A DNA stretch of 64,000 nucleotides from a virus (IMGVR_UViG_3300028797_000096:141860-205859), one strand, 5' to 3'. Positions 45,582-55,884 are shown, counted from the first letter of the stretch. The notes: generated by a model from the sequence alone, not told the origin. Numbers and translations are program-made.

Positions 45582-47614
45582 TGACAATTGAAGAAAAATT
45601 AGCAGCTCTTCCTATTGTTCCATTTGATAACTCTGAAACCTTTCAAGAGGTATTATTTTCACCTTTGTTTGATGAAATTTTTCAATATTATATGGAAAAC
45701 TATTCAAACGATCAAATTAAAAATCAATCTTTATTAAATCAAAGATTATCTTTATATTTATATATTACTAATCAAGATGAAGAATTAGTTAAAAATATTG
45801 ATAATCTTATTTATAGAAGACCTTGCCCTACAATAGAAGAATTTCTAGATAATCCTTTTTATATGGGAAATATATCTGGTACTATATATCCATATTGGCG
45901 TAAGAAATTATGTGAAATATTTAACCCAGATCATCCAATGAAAAAGGTATTATTTGGTGGAGCTACAGGTACTGGTAAATCAAGAACTGCTGAAAAAGCA
46001 TGTGTATATGCTTTATATCGTTTATTATGTTTACGTTATCCAAGACAAATATTAAAAGTTGAAGCACAATCTACACTTGCTATGTTTATTTTATCGGTTA
46101 CACAAAAAACTGCTTATCAAGTATTATTCCAACCATTCATTGAATTATTAAGTAATATGCCTTGCTTCCAAAGAGTAAGACAAGCCCGAGCTTTTGAAAA
46201 CTTTGATCTAACTAATCCCAAAGTCCCTGTACCTTGGTATGTAGATAAAAGTAATATGACTATTATATTTCCAGATAATATCATATTAACACTAGGTTCT
46301 CAAATATCTAATACTGTAGGTTATGACATTCTCATTTCAGAATGCGACGAAATGAATGAAAAAGGTACAGAAGAAGGTATGGAATTGATTAACTCTATAG
46401 ATGGTCGTGTTGATGGTCGTTTTATGGGTTCACCTTTTACATTCCAAGCGGTTATGTCATCTGCTCGTGCTAAAAACTCAGTTACATCTGAATATAATAA
46501 AAAATGGTGTAAAGATCCTAAATTCTTATATCTTAGACCTATGCGATTTGAAGTTAAAACATCAGAAGAATTTATAGGAAATAGTAATGATTATTTCTAT
46601 GTAATGGCAGGAAATGGTAGTATTCCAAGTAAAATTATAACAGATCCAGGTGAATTAGCTCAATTAAAAAATTATGAAGATGAACATGATGATCATAGGT
46701 TAGGGTTATTAGATTATGATTTAGTCTCTGGATGTGAAATTGCTAGAGTACCTGCTATTTATAGACCTTCTTTTGAGGCAGATTTAGATCAGTCTATTCA
46801 AGATATTTTAGGTATTAGTACACAAGATCAAGGAATTGTATTTAGAGATACTACTCAATTAGAAAATATTAATCTTATACCCGAATTAACTATAGAAGCT
46901 AATTTAAAAGATAATGTAAATATATTTGATAGTTTACCTTTAGATAAGATATTCATAAAAGAAGGTATGAAAGATGAATGGCGTTTAAGAAGATGCCCTG
47001 GTGTACCAAGATATATGCATTTTGATTTGTCAAGTACTGGTGAATGTGATACAGGTATTTGTATGTTGCATAAAGAATATAAAATCAATGAAATAACTAG
47101 AGAAAAAGAAACAATGTATGTAGTTGATTTTATTATATATGTAACAGCTAAAAATATGACAGATCTAGATGCAGTACAAAACTTTGCTATGGAATTAGTT
47201 ACAAGAGGACATATACCTATTCATACTATATCTTGCGATCAATTTCAATCTGCTTTAACATTAAATAATTGGGAACAATCTAAGCTCTTTGATAAAGTAG
47301 AAAAAGTATCTGTAGACGTTAAATTAGATCCATATTTAAATGCAGCTGCTTTAATAGAAAATGGAAAAGTTAAAGTAGGTCAATGTGAAAAGCTTAAAAG
47401 AGAACTAGAAGCTTTAATCATTGATAGAGGTAAAGTAACAAGGACTACTCAATTAAAAGATGGAGCAGATGTACTAGTAGGTGCTATATTTAATGCTCAA
47501 ATGAACTATTTAGATGTACCGCAAAATGAATATTATGAAAAAGAAGAAATTCAGAAAGAAATTCAATATGATAAATATATAAATACAGAACAAGAAGAAT
47601 TAATTGATTTGTAA
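45581..47614 (+). CDS. terL: Terminase large subunit
   Basis: Walker A GGATGTGKS, Walker B ILISECDE, coupling motif VMSS, RNase-H acidic residues HFDLS, ISCDQFQS, KDGADV. Confidence 0.85.
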   Translation: MTIEEKLAALPIVPFDNSETFQEVLFSPLFDEIFQYYMENYSNDQIKNQSLLNQRLSLYLYITNQDEELVKNIDNLIYRRPCPTIEEFLDNPFYMGNISGTIYPYWRKKLCEIFNPDHPMKKVLFGGATGTGKSRTAEKACVYALYRLLCLRYPRQILKVEAQSTLAMFILSVTQKTAYQVLFQPFIELLSNMPCFQRVRQARAFENFDLTNPKVPVPWYVDKSNMTIIFPDNIILTLGSQISNTVGYDILISECDEMNEKGTEEGMELINSIDGRVDGRFMGSPFTFQAVMSSARAKNSVTSEYNKKWCKDPKFLYLRPMRFEVKTSEEFIGNSNDYFYVMAGNGSIPSKIITDPGELAQLKNYEDEHDDHRLGLLDYDLVSGCEIARVPAIYRPSFEADLDQSIQDILGISTQDQGIVFRDTTQLENINLIPELTIEANLKDNVNIFDSLPLDKIFIKEGMKDEWRLRRCPGVPRYMHFDLSSTGECDTGICMLHKEYKINEITREKETMYVVDFIIYVTAKNMTDLDAVQNFAMELVTRGHIPIHTISCDQFQSALTLNNWEQSKLFDKVEKVSVDVKLDPYLNAAALIENGKVKVGQCEKLKRELEALIIDRGKVTRTTQLKDGADVLVGAIFNAQMNYLDVPQNEYYEKEEIQKEIQYDKYINTEQEELIDL

Positions 47615-47687
47615 ACAATTATAGTAGTTCTATTATTAAAAGATAATATATTTTTAATACATAAACAATCCCCGGTATATATTTATC

Positions 47688-48323
47688 ATGGCATTACATA
47701 CATTAAATGAAATTCGTAATTTAAATGATCCACTAAGACAGTTTCAGGTTAAATTTACTATATCTGAATGCCCTGCTATGAAATTAGCTAAACTTCAACA
47801 AAAAACATCAGATGCTCTTACAAGTTGGATGAGTGATAATAGAGGTGAAAATAAATCAACAGTACATGCTGAAACCTTAGAATTACGTTGTACATCTTTT
47901 ACTTATCCTGGTACTAAACTAGGTCAAAGTAGTACAACTATCGCTGGATTTCGTCGTAAATTAGGTACTATTCAAAATAAATCAGGCGTTTGGGCTTGCA
48001 AAATTACAGAAGATCAAAACGGAGGAGTACTTAATATAATACAATCATGGTGTGATTTAATTCATAATCCCATGGTAGGTACAAGAATTCCTTCTAGTTA
48101 TTATGTATCTAGTTGTGTAGTAGAATTTTTACCGGCATTAAAGGATATGAAAGATAATCAAAACATTACTAGAAATATTTGGTTAAAAGGTTTTTATCCA
48201 ATAGAATATACAGTAGGTCAAATTGATGCAAGTAGTTCGGCTCCAGTAGAAATAGAAGTTAAATTTAATTATGATTGGTGGACTGAAACAGCTACAAGTA
48301 TATCTGCACTAAGTTTAACATAA
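47688..48323 (+). CDS. Tail tube protein (T4 gp19-like)
   Basis: LNDPLRQFQ..F...C.SF.YPG...W...I.ED...W..L...LKG.YP...FNYDWW tube-fold pattern. Confidence 0.7.
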   Translation: MALHTLNEIRNLNDPLRQFQVKFTISECPAMKLAKLQQKTSDALTSWMSDNRGENKSTVHAETLELRCTSFTYPGTKLGQSSTTIAGFRRKLGTIQNKSGVWACKITEDQNGGVLNIIQSWCDLIHNPMVGTRIPSSYYVSSCVVEFLPALKDMKDNQNITRNIWLKGFYPIEYTVGQIDASSSAPVEIEVKFNYDWWTETATSISALSLT

Positions 48324-48337
48324 AGGTATAAAATAAT

Positions 48338-49093
48338 ATGTCATTAAGATTTACAAGCCAACTTAATATTGATAATTTACCTGATGAACAGCTTAATGAT
48401 CAGTTTGAAGTTATTATGCCTGAATTAGATTTAACTTATGTACCTAGAAATAATACAATCGAAGCAAATTCAGGACGAAGTTTTTGGTCATCTATAACAG
48501 GTATGAAGTATCGTCCAATTGTAGAAGAAATTACATTCGGTTTTAAAAATTTTACTACAGACACACGCCGTATTCGTACAGGTTGGTATAATGTTCCTCG
48601 TGATATTGAAAGCTATCATGATGTTAAGCTTACAATGTTTTGTCCATCTACTATGGAAACACAGCATTACTTAGAAGCCTGGCGTAGATTAATGTTTAAT
48701 GATGCTGGTGAATATTATAATTCATTTAGATTATATAAGAAGAATATTGAAGTAATTGTATATGGTCCAGGAGGTTCAGGTGTAGTTGGTAATGGACTAG
48801 GCTTATTAAATAATTATTTAAACACACAATCTAGATATACTTTACAAGGATGTTTTCCATATAAAGAACAAGATTTTGAATTACAATATACAGATGATCC
48901 AAAAAGAATGCGTATATTAGCTTGGTTTAAAGTAGATAACATTAAAACAGAAACACCAAAATCAAGTGCGGGAAGTCTTATTTCTTCTCCATCAGCTATG
49001 ATAGGTAATGTATTATCTGGTTTAACAAGTGAATCAGAATATGATATATCTGCTACTTATGGTGGAAGAATAAAAAGTACGAGTAAAAATTAA
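48338..49093 (+). CDS. Tail-tube paralog (gp19/gp54-like)
   Basis: D.Q...QFEV..P...VEEITFGF...YLEAWRRL...YTLQGCFP; second tube-fold gene. Confidence 0.55.
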   Translation: MSLRFTSQLNIDNLPDEQLNDQFEVIMPELDLTYVPRNNTIEANSGRSFWSSITGMKYRPIVEEITFGFKNFTTDTRRIRTGWYNVPRDIESYHDVKLTMFCPSTMETQHYLEAWRRLMFNDAGEYYNSFRLYKKNIEVIVYGPGGSGVVGNGLGLLNNYLNTQSRYTLQGCFPYKEQDFELQYTDDPKRMRILAWFKVDNIKTETPKSSAGSLISSPSAMIGNVLSGLTSESEYDISATYGGRIKSTSKN

Positions 49094-49108
49094 AAAAGGA
49101 GTAAATAA

Positions 49109-49831
49109 ATGGCTATAGAATATAAAGCTACGGATCTACCGGGTAAGATTGCTTATGAAAAACAATTTAATGTTTCAATAAGAAGTATTACCCCAATTGA
49201 ACAAAAATACATCTTATCACTATCTCAAAAGGAACAAAAAACTACTAAGGATTATTTTGATTTTTTAAAAAAATTAGTAGTTATTGATAATCCAGAAGTT
49301 ACTTTTGAAGATTTATATTGGTATGACGTTCAATATTTACTTTATAAAATTCGCTATTTAACTTATGCTAAATATCCTATTAAGCTAGGTTTCACTTGTG
49401 ATGATTGTGGAAACGAGATCAAAGTAGATTTAGATATTGGTGCATTAAAAATTGATGAACCGAGTAAACCTGTTTATACTATTAATTTAGACGTATTAGG
49501 TGAAACTAGAATCCGTCATAAAACAGTTAAAGATGATTTAATGATCGAAGCTTTTATGAAACGTCGTAAATTAGATGAAACTGATATACAAGCTAGATTA
49601 TTATTAATTGATTTATGTTTAATTTCTAACGGTAAATCATTAGAAGAAATGTATGCTTTAGCTGAGCAAGGCGATATTACAGCTTCAGATATTGCACAAA
49701 TAGAAGAGTGGATAAGTAAAGAAGTTTGGGGTATTGATGAAAATATCAATATCAAATGTAACCATTGTGGAAAGGAGGTCTCTAGAGGATACATGTTATC
49801 TATAGAGGACTTTTTTTCCGTTGTTTACTGA
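49109..49831 (+). CDS. Baseplate hub assembly protein (T4 gp26-like)
   Basis: Two Zn-ribbon motifs (CDDCG, CNHCG), IRSITP.EQK, DVQYLLYKIR; position before the tape measure gene. Confidence 0.7.
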   Translation: MAIEYKATDLPGKIAYEKQFNVSIRSITPIEQKYILSLSQKEQKTTKDYFDFLKKLVVIDNPEVTFEDLYWYDVQYLLYKIRYLTYAKYPIKLGFTCDDCGNEIKVDLDIGALKIDEPSKPVYTINLDVLGETRIRHKTVKDDLMIEAFMKRRKLDETDIQARLLLIDLCLISNGKSLEEMYALAEQGDITASDIAQIEEWISKEVWGIDENINIKCNHCGKEVSRGYMLSIEDFFSVVY

Positions 49832-50000
49832 GACTGATATAAATGAAAGATTATATTGGTTAGTATATCAATTACATCTTTCCTATGAAGAATTAATGAA
49901 TACTCCATGGGAAGTTATAGAATGGTTATATAACAGGCATTTACAACAGTTAATTGATGAACAAAAGAAACAAGAAGAACGACTTAATAAGTTTATATAA
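49821..50000 (+). CDS. T4 gp51-like small baseplate assembly protein (59 aa, TTG start or frameshift product; not in ORF track)
   Basis: +1 frame relative to the 49109 gene: LFTETDINERLYWLVYQLHLSYEELMNTPWEVIEWLYNRHLQQLIDEQKKQEERLNKFI*. The SY.EL..xPWE motif resembles gp51-like proteins. Confidence 0.7.
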   Translation: MFTETDINERLYWLVYQLHLSYEELMNTPWEVIEWLYNRHLQQLIDEQKKQEERLNKFI

Positions 50001-50011
50001 GAGAAGTAATC

Positions 50012-51844
50012 ATGGTGAAGATAAAAACAACTAATGATGATAGTAGTAAAAATATACTAGTATTAAAATCAAACTTTGAAGAATTGCTTAAAACTTTAAA
50101 GCAAACCAATGAACTTTTATCTTCTAAAACTGCTTCTACTAAAACTACTACAACTACTAAAGATGATACCAATAATAAAAAAGCATTGGCTAAGGAAATT
50201 GCACAAGAATTAAGTAAAAACAAATCAATTAATGAGTTTAGACAAATTGCACTTGGTGGTATAACGGGTATTTCACCTGCTCTTATTGAAAAATTAAGTA
50301 TTGATAAAGTTATTCATACAATTACTAAACATAGTTGGAATAAAGTTACTGGTTTATTTAAAAGTGACAAAGACAATAAAATAGGTTCGGCAATAGAAGC
50401 TAATAAACAAGCTCCTGTTACAAATCGTTTAGATAAAATAATTGGATATTTAGCTTTTTGGAAAAAGAATTCTACTCAACAAATCGGAGACAAAGAAAAA
50501 AGAGAAAGTTTTTTGGCAAAACTAGGTAAATTTATACTATTAAATATAGGTACGCTAGGTAAAATTGCAGCAGGGGTAGTTTTACTTAGAGGAATTTCTA
50601 TGGCCGTACGTAAAATTGCAGAAAGGCTTCATATAGATTTAGACGAAGAACCAGAAACTTTTGCAGGTGCAGTAGGTACTGGAGCAAAAAATGTTGTAGA
50701 AGGAGCAAAAAAAGGAGCCGGAATAGCTAAAAGATCTGCTGTAAATCAAAGAAAATCTATATCTGCAATAGAAAGAAGTATAAATGATACAATTAGATGG
50801 CAAGAAGAAACTGGTAGATTTACTCCTTCTGAAAGAGCTTTTGCATACAAAGCGGATGAAAATATTGATGCTCTAGCTAAGAAAAAAGGTATGTCCACAG
50901 AACAAATTACTAGATTAAAAGAAGCTCGTGCTAATTTAACTGGAACAAATTCATATATAAAAAATAACTTTACTCTTGAAGAACAAGGTAGAATTGGAAA
51001 GGCTGCGGAATCAGGAATACGCAAGGGTAAATACACTTGGGTAGAAAGTCTATTACCTAAAACTAAGAATGGTGTTCCTATTACTAGAATGAAAGGCGGT
51101 TTAAGAGCCTTGTTAGGAACTACAGAGGGTGGAATTATTGCAAGTAGTTTAGTCGGCGCTAGTAAACTATTACAACTTGCTTCAATAGCAGGTATAGCAC
51201 TCGATGCAGGAATTTCAGGATATAACTATTTTAATGCATCAACTCAAAAGGATGAAGATAAAGCACTAGGTGGATTTGCAGCTAGAATGGCAGGAGCTTG
51301 GGGAGGTGCAAAAATAGGTGGTGCAATAGGTGCATTAGGAGGACCTTCTGCATGGTTTACAGTTCCTGCAGGCGCACTTATCGGTGGTATTGGTGGATTA
51401 TTTGGAATGGATTGGCTTGTTAATAAAGGTATAGATGCAAAATATGATAGACTTGCAGCAAAAGGTTTATATTATTCATCTAAAGGTTCTACATTTGATT
51501 TAACTAATCCTGCTATGCAACAATGGGCTAATCAAGGATTTGGTTTTACTACACCTATTAGAAAAGATGAGCAAATTTATGAAATTGACTCTACTATGAA
51601 TAGAACCGATTTAACAGCAGATCAAAAATCACCAATAGAAGATGTAAAAACAGAAGCACATAATACAAACACTATTTTAGACAGAATTTATGATTTACTA
51701 GCTAGAGAATTTAATCCAGATAGCTGGTGGAGTCAATTTAGATCAAATATCGATCCAAAAACTGGTCAAGCTGTCGATATGTCTGGAAACATGAATAATA
51801 TTGGTGTACCTTCCATCAGTTATGTATTAAATAAAGGTAGATAA
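50012..51844 (+). CDS. Tape measure protein (T4 gp29-like)
   Basis: Helical, with Gly/Ala-rich hydrophobic stretches (AGAWGGAKIGGAIGALGG); canonical position. Confidence 0.65.
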   Translation: MVKIKTTNDDSSKNILVLKSNFEELLKTLKQTNELLSSKTASTKTTTTTKDDTNNKKALAKEIAQELSKNKSINEFRQIALGGITGISPALIEKLSIDKVIHTITKHSWNKVTGLFKSDKDNKIGSAIEANKQAPVTNRLDKIIGYLAFWKKNSTQQIGDKEKRESFLAKLGKFILLNIGTLGKIAAGVVLLRGISMAVRKIAERLHIDLDEEPETFAGAVGTGAKNVVEGAKKGAGIAKRSAVNQRKSISAIERSINDTIRWQEETGRFTPSERAFAYKADENIDALAKKKGMSTEQITRLKEARANLTGTNSYIKNNFTLEEQGRIGKAAESGIRKGKYTWVESLLPKTKNGVPITRMKGGLRALLGTTEGGIIASSLVGASKLLQLASIAGIALDAGISGYNYFNASTQKDEDKALGGFAARMAGAWGGAKIGGAIGALGGPSAWFTVPAGALIGGIGGLFGMDWLVNKGIDAKYDRLAAKGLYYSSKGSTFDLTNPAMQQWANQGFGFTTPIRKDEQIYEIDSTMNRTDLTADQKSPIEDVKTEAHNTNTILDRIYDLLAREFNPDSWWSQFRSNIDPKTGQAVDMSGNMNNIGVPSISYVLNKGR

Positions 51845-51847
51845 ACT

Positions 51848-53032
51848 ATGGCAACAATAGGACCAACAGAAGCAAAAACTGCAACAGAAACTAAAACTAA
51901 AAAGCAAAGTATAGATCCACATGCATTAGTTACCGAAATGGATAAGTTTCATAAAACATATCACTCTGGTGTAGTACCTTCTATGTTTAAAGCATTGGAT
52001 TTTTCTGATGTTTCAATTTATGGTCAAGATAAGAGTAATAGCACTGATTATGCTGATGAACGTTTTCGCCATTTCCATCAAATGCGTTTATATATACAAT
52101 ATGGAAAAACTAATCATCATAATAAAGCATTAGATCAACAGGTTATGATTGTATCTAACTTACCAGAAAAAGTTAGTTATGCATTAAATTCTAAATGGGA
52201 AGCCCCTTTAGATTTTGGTGATGCTGCAACTAATTTATTAATACAAATGGGTTCACAAGTACTTGATTCAGATAGAAAAATCATTCCTTCTGGTACATTA
52301 CGTGTTTCAAGTCTTAAAGTATGGCAAAAAACAGAACCATTATCTTTAGAATTAACTATTCCTGTATTAGACGATACAAATAGTAATTCTGGCACAAATT
52401 TAGTCGAAGCTTTAGAAATTCTTGGTTCATTATGTTTACCAAGATATAGCAGTGAAGATAGTATGGGATTTTATACACCTCCTCCTTCTTCACTATCTTA
52501 TAAATTACACTATACTAGATTCTGGGAAGGTTCAAATAGACCTGAAGACTTTGAAATGAGTGTTGCAAATAAAGCAAGGATTATATTACAATTAGGAGGT
52601 ATTTTATTAGTTGATAATTGTATTATTGAAAGTGTAGCAGTAAATTATCCTAATACAAAAGCTCAAATTATGCATAAATATGATGTAAATGAAGGTGATG
52701 AAATATTTGGTGAAACAGGTCATAAATATTTACATCCTTTATTAGCTGAAGTACGTTTAAAAATAAGTACTTTAGAAGCGCTTACTTCTGATGTATATAG
52801 TGAAATGTTGTGGGCTAGATCAGATAAGCAAGCAGGTCAAGGTACAGTACAATCAGATTTATCTACAATTACAAATCCATTAAATTCATTAAGAAATTAT
52901 ATGCTAGCTGAACCAAAAGCCAGTGATGGTAAACCAATACAATTACCAGAATCATCCCCAGATGGATATCAAACACCCCTTGTTCCAAATCAAATAGGTG
53001 AAGTTCCATTTGATCCACCATTAGGAGGTTAA
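51848..53032 (+). CDS. Baseplate/tail-tube initiator-like protein
   Basis: Follows the tape measure; NCIIESVAVNY...EVRLKISTLEALT resembles gp48-like C-termini. Confidence 0.45.
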   Translation: MATIGPTEAKTATETKTKKQSIDPHALVTEMDKFHKTYHSGVVPSMFKALDFSDVSIYGQDKSNSTDYADERFRHFHQMRLYIQYGKTNHHNKALDQQVMIVSNLPEKVSYALNSKWEAPLDFGDAATNLLIQMGSQVLDSDRKIIPSGTLRVSSLKVWQKTEPLSLELTIPVLDDTNSNSGTNLVEALEILGSLCLPRYSSEDSMGFYTPPPSSLSYKLHYTRFWEGSNRPEDFEMSVANKARIILQLGGILLVDNCIIESVAVNYPNTKAQIMHKYDVNEGDEIFGETGHKYLHPLLAEVRLKISTLEALTSDVYSEMLWARSDKQAGQGTVQSDLSTITNPLNSLRNYMLAEPKASDGKPIQLPESSPDGYQTPLVPNQIGEVPFDPPLGG

Positions 53033-53038
53033 ATTTAA

Positions 53039-53440
53039 ATGATAAAAAATAAAAATAATGTTCTTTTTAGCTCTTTCTTTCAAGATAGAATTCTTGATAA
53101 CAATGGTATTTCTGTTACAGATATAAATGCCGGTTTAAAGAATTTATATGTACAGTATAATGACTATAAAAATAAATTTACAGATAGCGAGCGTTATTAT
53201 GTATTAGAGCAAGAGCATGGCTATCCTGATTTAGTTGCTAAGAATAGTATATTAGCAGATCAAGAGTATTGGTGGTGGGTATTACTTATTAACAATTTGG
53301 TAAATCCTATGACAGATATTAAATCTGACTGGGTATATTCAATCGTAGACATTAATCAAATTGGTAATTTTATTAATAATACTAATGAAAATATTAGTTC
53401 AAATAATAATAGATTAGGTAAAGTAGTTGAGCTAAATTAA
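53039..53440 (+). CDS. Baseplate wedge protein (T4 gp53/LysM-like)
   Basis: YYVLEQEHGYPDLVAKNSIL...WWWVLLINNLVNP. Confidence 0.75.
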   Translation: MIKNKNNVLFSSFFQDRILDNNGISVTDINAGLKNLYVQYNDYKNKFTDSERYYVLEQEHGYPDLVAKNSILADQEYWWWVLLINNLVNPMTDIKSDWVYSIVDINQIGNFINNTNENISSNNNRLGKVVELN

Positions 53441-53441
53441 A

Positions 53442-54593
53442 ATGAATATACAAAGTGCTTATACTGTAAATATTTTTATCGATGGTTTAGATATTTTTCA
53501 AGCGCCTGGTACTAGCTTATTGGATGCACGTATTTTTGAATCTATAGAAGATCCTATTCCATATTGTACTCTAACTTTAAGTGTACCAGTAGTATGGATA
53601 AATGAACGTTCAATAGTAGATGGTACAAGTATTAGATTTGATATTAAATCAGAATTATATGAATTAGCTGAAAGTCTATATTTTAGATTATATGATATTA
53701 AAGAAATTAGTATTAATCAACAGTTTTGTAAAATAGAATTAAATGGTATATTAGATTTTCATCCGGGTTATAGATATTACTCGCAATTTAATCTATATGG
53801 ATCAAGTTCTGATGTATTTAAAGAAGTTGCAAGACAATTTAAATTAGCAAGTAATATTGATCAAACAAATGATTATCAGTTGTGGGCATCTGGAACTAAT
53901 AATTTATATAACCATTTAGGGAATATAACAAAGTTTGGTTGGGTTGATGAAACTTCTGCTATGTTCTGGTGTTTTGATAGGCACAAAATCTTAATGTATA
54001 AAAATTTAACAAATATATTAAAAACTAAAAGTAAAAGTAATTGGATGTTTACACAACTTCCACGATTATATAATAAAAAAAATAAAATTTATGGGTATTC
54101 TTCAGCTATAGTTACAATTCCTTCTGGTACAGAAAACTTATTACACGAAGGTTATGGTGGTGATGATAAATATTTTGATACAGTAGCTTATCAATGGAAA
54201 TATCCAGCCGCAAAAAAAGTAGTAGCAGAAAGTAATTTAATTAATATTAGTAAAGAACTATCACAAGGCTTAGCTACAAATTGGTATCCATTTGATGTAG
54301 GCAATTTCCACAAAAATTATTGGTTAGCAAGAAAACAAAATGCTCGTATATTATCTACATATTCTACAAATGTTATTTTACAATGTGAATATTTAATGAA
54401 TTATCAACTAGGACAAGTTATTAGCTTTGCATTAATGGATAGCCAAGATATTGAAAATACTGTAAATATGGCTACTGGTAATTATATTATTACAAATATT
54501 GATATTCGTATAACTACACAAGCTGTTACTTCTACCCTCAAATTAACTATGCAAGGATTAAATGGTCAAGCTCTTACAAGAGAAACATATTAA
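53442..54593 (+). CDS. Baseplate hub protein (gp27/VgrG-like)
   Basis: IFESIEDP...CTL, size and position, GNYII..I motif near the C-terminus. Confidence 0.6.
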   Translation: MNIQSAYTVNIFIDGLDIFQAPGTSLLDARIFESIEDPIPYCTLTLSVPVVWINERSIVDGTSIRFDIKSELYELAESLYFRLYDIKEISINQQFCKIELNGILDFHPGYRYYSQFNLYGSSSDVFKEVARQFKLASNIDQTNDYQLWASGTNNLYNHLGNITKFGWVDETSAMFWCFDRHKILMYKNLTNILKTKSKSNWMFTQLPRLYNKKNKIYGYSSAIVTIPSGTENLLHEGYGGDDKYFDTVAYQWKYPAAKKVVAESNLINISKELSQGLATNWYPFDVGNFHKNYWLARKQNARILSTYSTNVILQCEYLMNYQLGQVISFALMDSQDIENTVNMATGNYIITNIDIRITTQAVTSTLKLTMQGLNGQALTRETY

Positions 54594-54607
54594 AAGGAGT
54601 TAATTAT

Positions 54608-55258
54608 ATGCATCAATTAGATAATACTTTTGAAAAATATGAGAATCCTTTTTTTATTGGTACCGTAGAAGATAATAATGATCCTACGTATAATTATCGA
54701 GTAAAAGTAAGAATAGACCAAATTCATTCTAATACAGTAACTACAGATCAATTACCATGGGCAGCTAAAGTAGATAGTAGTTTTATGGGTATAGATGGAT
54801 CTACAATATTACATTCTATTCCAGAAGTTGGAAGTAAAGTATTAATTTTAGCGGTCGGTAATAATATTAATTCATTAGTTTATTTAGGTTGTTTATATAA
54901 AAAAACGAATAGTACTCCTTCTAGTAATAATTATTTAAATAGTTATGGTATATTTGATCAAAATGGTAATTTTATTAAATTAGATAAAGTACAGCGATTA
55001 TTACAATTAGTTTGGGCAGGTAAAATAGACATAAGTCAAATTGAAGAAATGAATATTATTGTAAATGGTAATGTTAATTTAACTGCTTCTACAACAAATA
55101 TAAAAAGTAATGTAAAAATAAACGGTACTCTAGATGTTACTGGTATGATAAAATCAGAAAGTGATGTAAGAGCAAACAAAGGTTCAATTGGTTTAATGAC
55201 GCATACTCATCCAGGTATCTTCCCAGGTCCGAGTTCAACAATGGTTGGAGAAAATTAA
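54608..55258 (+). CDS. Baseplate central spike (gp5/GpV-like)
   Basis: OB fold GTVEDNNDP..YRVKVRI...LPWA...PEVGSKV, beta-helix repeats, terminal HTH Fe-binding (THTHPG) motif. Confidence 0.85.
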   Translation: MHQLDNTFEKYENPFFIGTVEDNNDPTYNYRVKVRIDQIHSNTVTTDQLPWAAKVDSSFMGIDGSTILHSIPEVGSKVLILAVGNNINSLVYLGCLYKKTNSTPSSNNYLNSYGIFDQNGNFIKLDKVQRLLQLVWAGKIDISQIEEMNIIVNGNVNLTASTTNIKSNVKINGTLDVTGMIKSESDVRANKGSIGLMTHTHPGIFPGPSSTMVGEN

Positions 55259-55261
55259 CAT

Positions 55262-55786
55262 ATGTCTATGGCAGCTGGATTATCGTTAATGCTAAAATTG
55301 GGTAGTAAACTTAATAGTATTTCAGTTAAAGGAATACCATTAGACAATATAAAAAGTGCTTTAAAAACCGCAGCAATGTCATCTAATATTTTTGCGTTAA
55401 AAATAGACAGTGGTGAAAAACAAGGCTGGTTAATAAAAGAAGCAGTGCCAAATAATAACCCAATAATAGTTGATCCAAATGGTACTACTATAAATGATAC
55501 ACCTAAATCTTTTAATTCGGAAAGCGAAGCAAAAGCATACCAAACAGCTAATAATTTATATACTTATACATATAATGAAACTAGATCTTCAACAATATCT
55601 GTTACTGCTTTAATGAAAACAAATCCTGCTGCAAAAACTAATGTAAATATAATGGCAGATAAATTAGGACCAAACTGTAAAATTGAGAATGAAAGAACCT
55701 GGGGATTTGATTCAGGGGCAAGAGCACCTACGGCTACTGAATTTCAAACTGTAATTAAGAATACAATATTAGCTGCAGGAAAATAG
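55262..55786 (+). CDS. Hypothetical structural protein
   Basis: 174-aa ORF between the spike and gp25 genes. Confidence 0.5.
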   Translation: MSMAAGLSLMLKLGSKLNSISVKGIPLDNIKSALKTAAMSSNIFALKIDSGEKQGWLIKEAVPNNNPIIVDPNGTTINDTPKSFNSESEAKAYQTANNLYTYTYNETRSSTISVTALMKTNPAAKTNVNIMADKLGPNCKIENERTWGFDSGARAPTATEFQTVIKNTILAAGK

Positions 55787-55884
55787 ATTATAAATTAGAT
55801 TTTATTTATTAAATATATTATAATTTATAAGTTCTATTTTATAAAGATTTAACAAGAATTCCCTTATAAAATTTTTAACAAATC

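Noticed and set aside
31043-47614. Inteins or group I introns in polB, recA, nrdD or terL
   Set aside because: Extra length in polB is explained by terminal domains. No C...HN splice motifs, LAGLIDADG blocks or interrupted motifs were seen.
49811-49842. Classical -1 frameshift at T TTT TTC
   Set aside because: The -1 frame hits TAA at 49840-49842 after a few codons; only the +1/-2 frame is productive.
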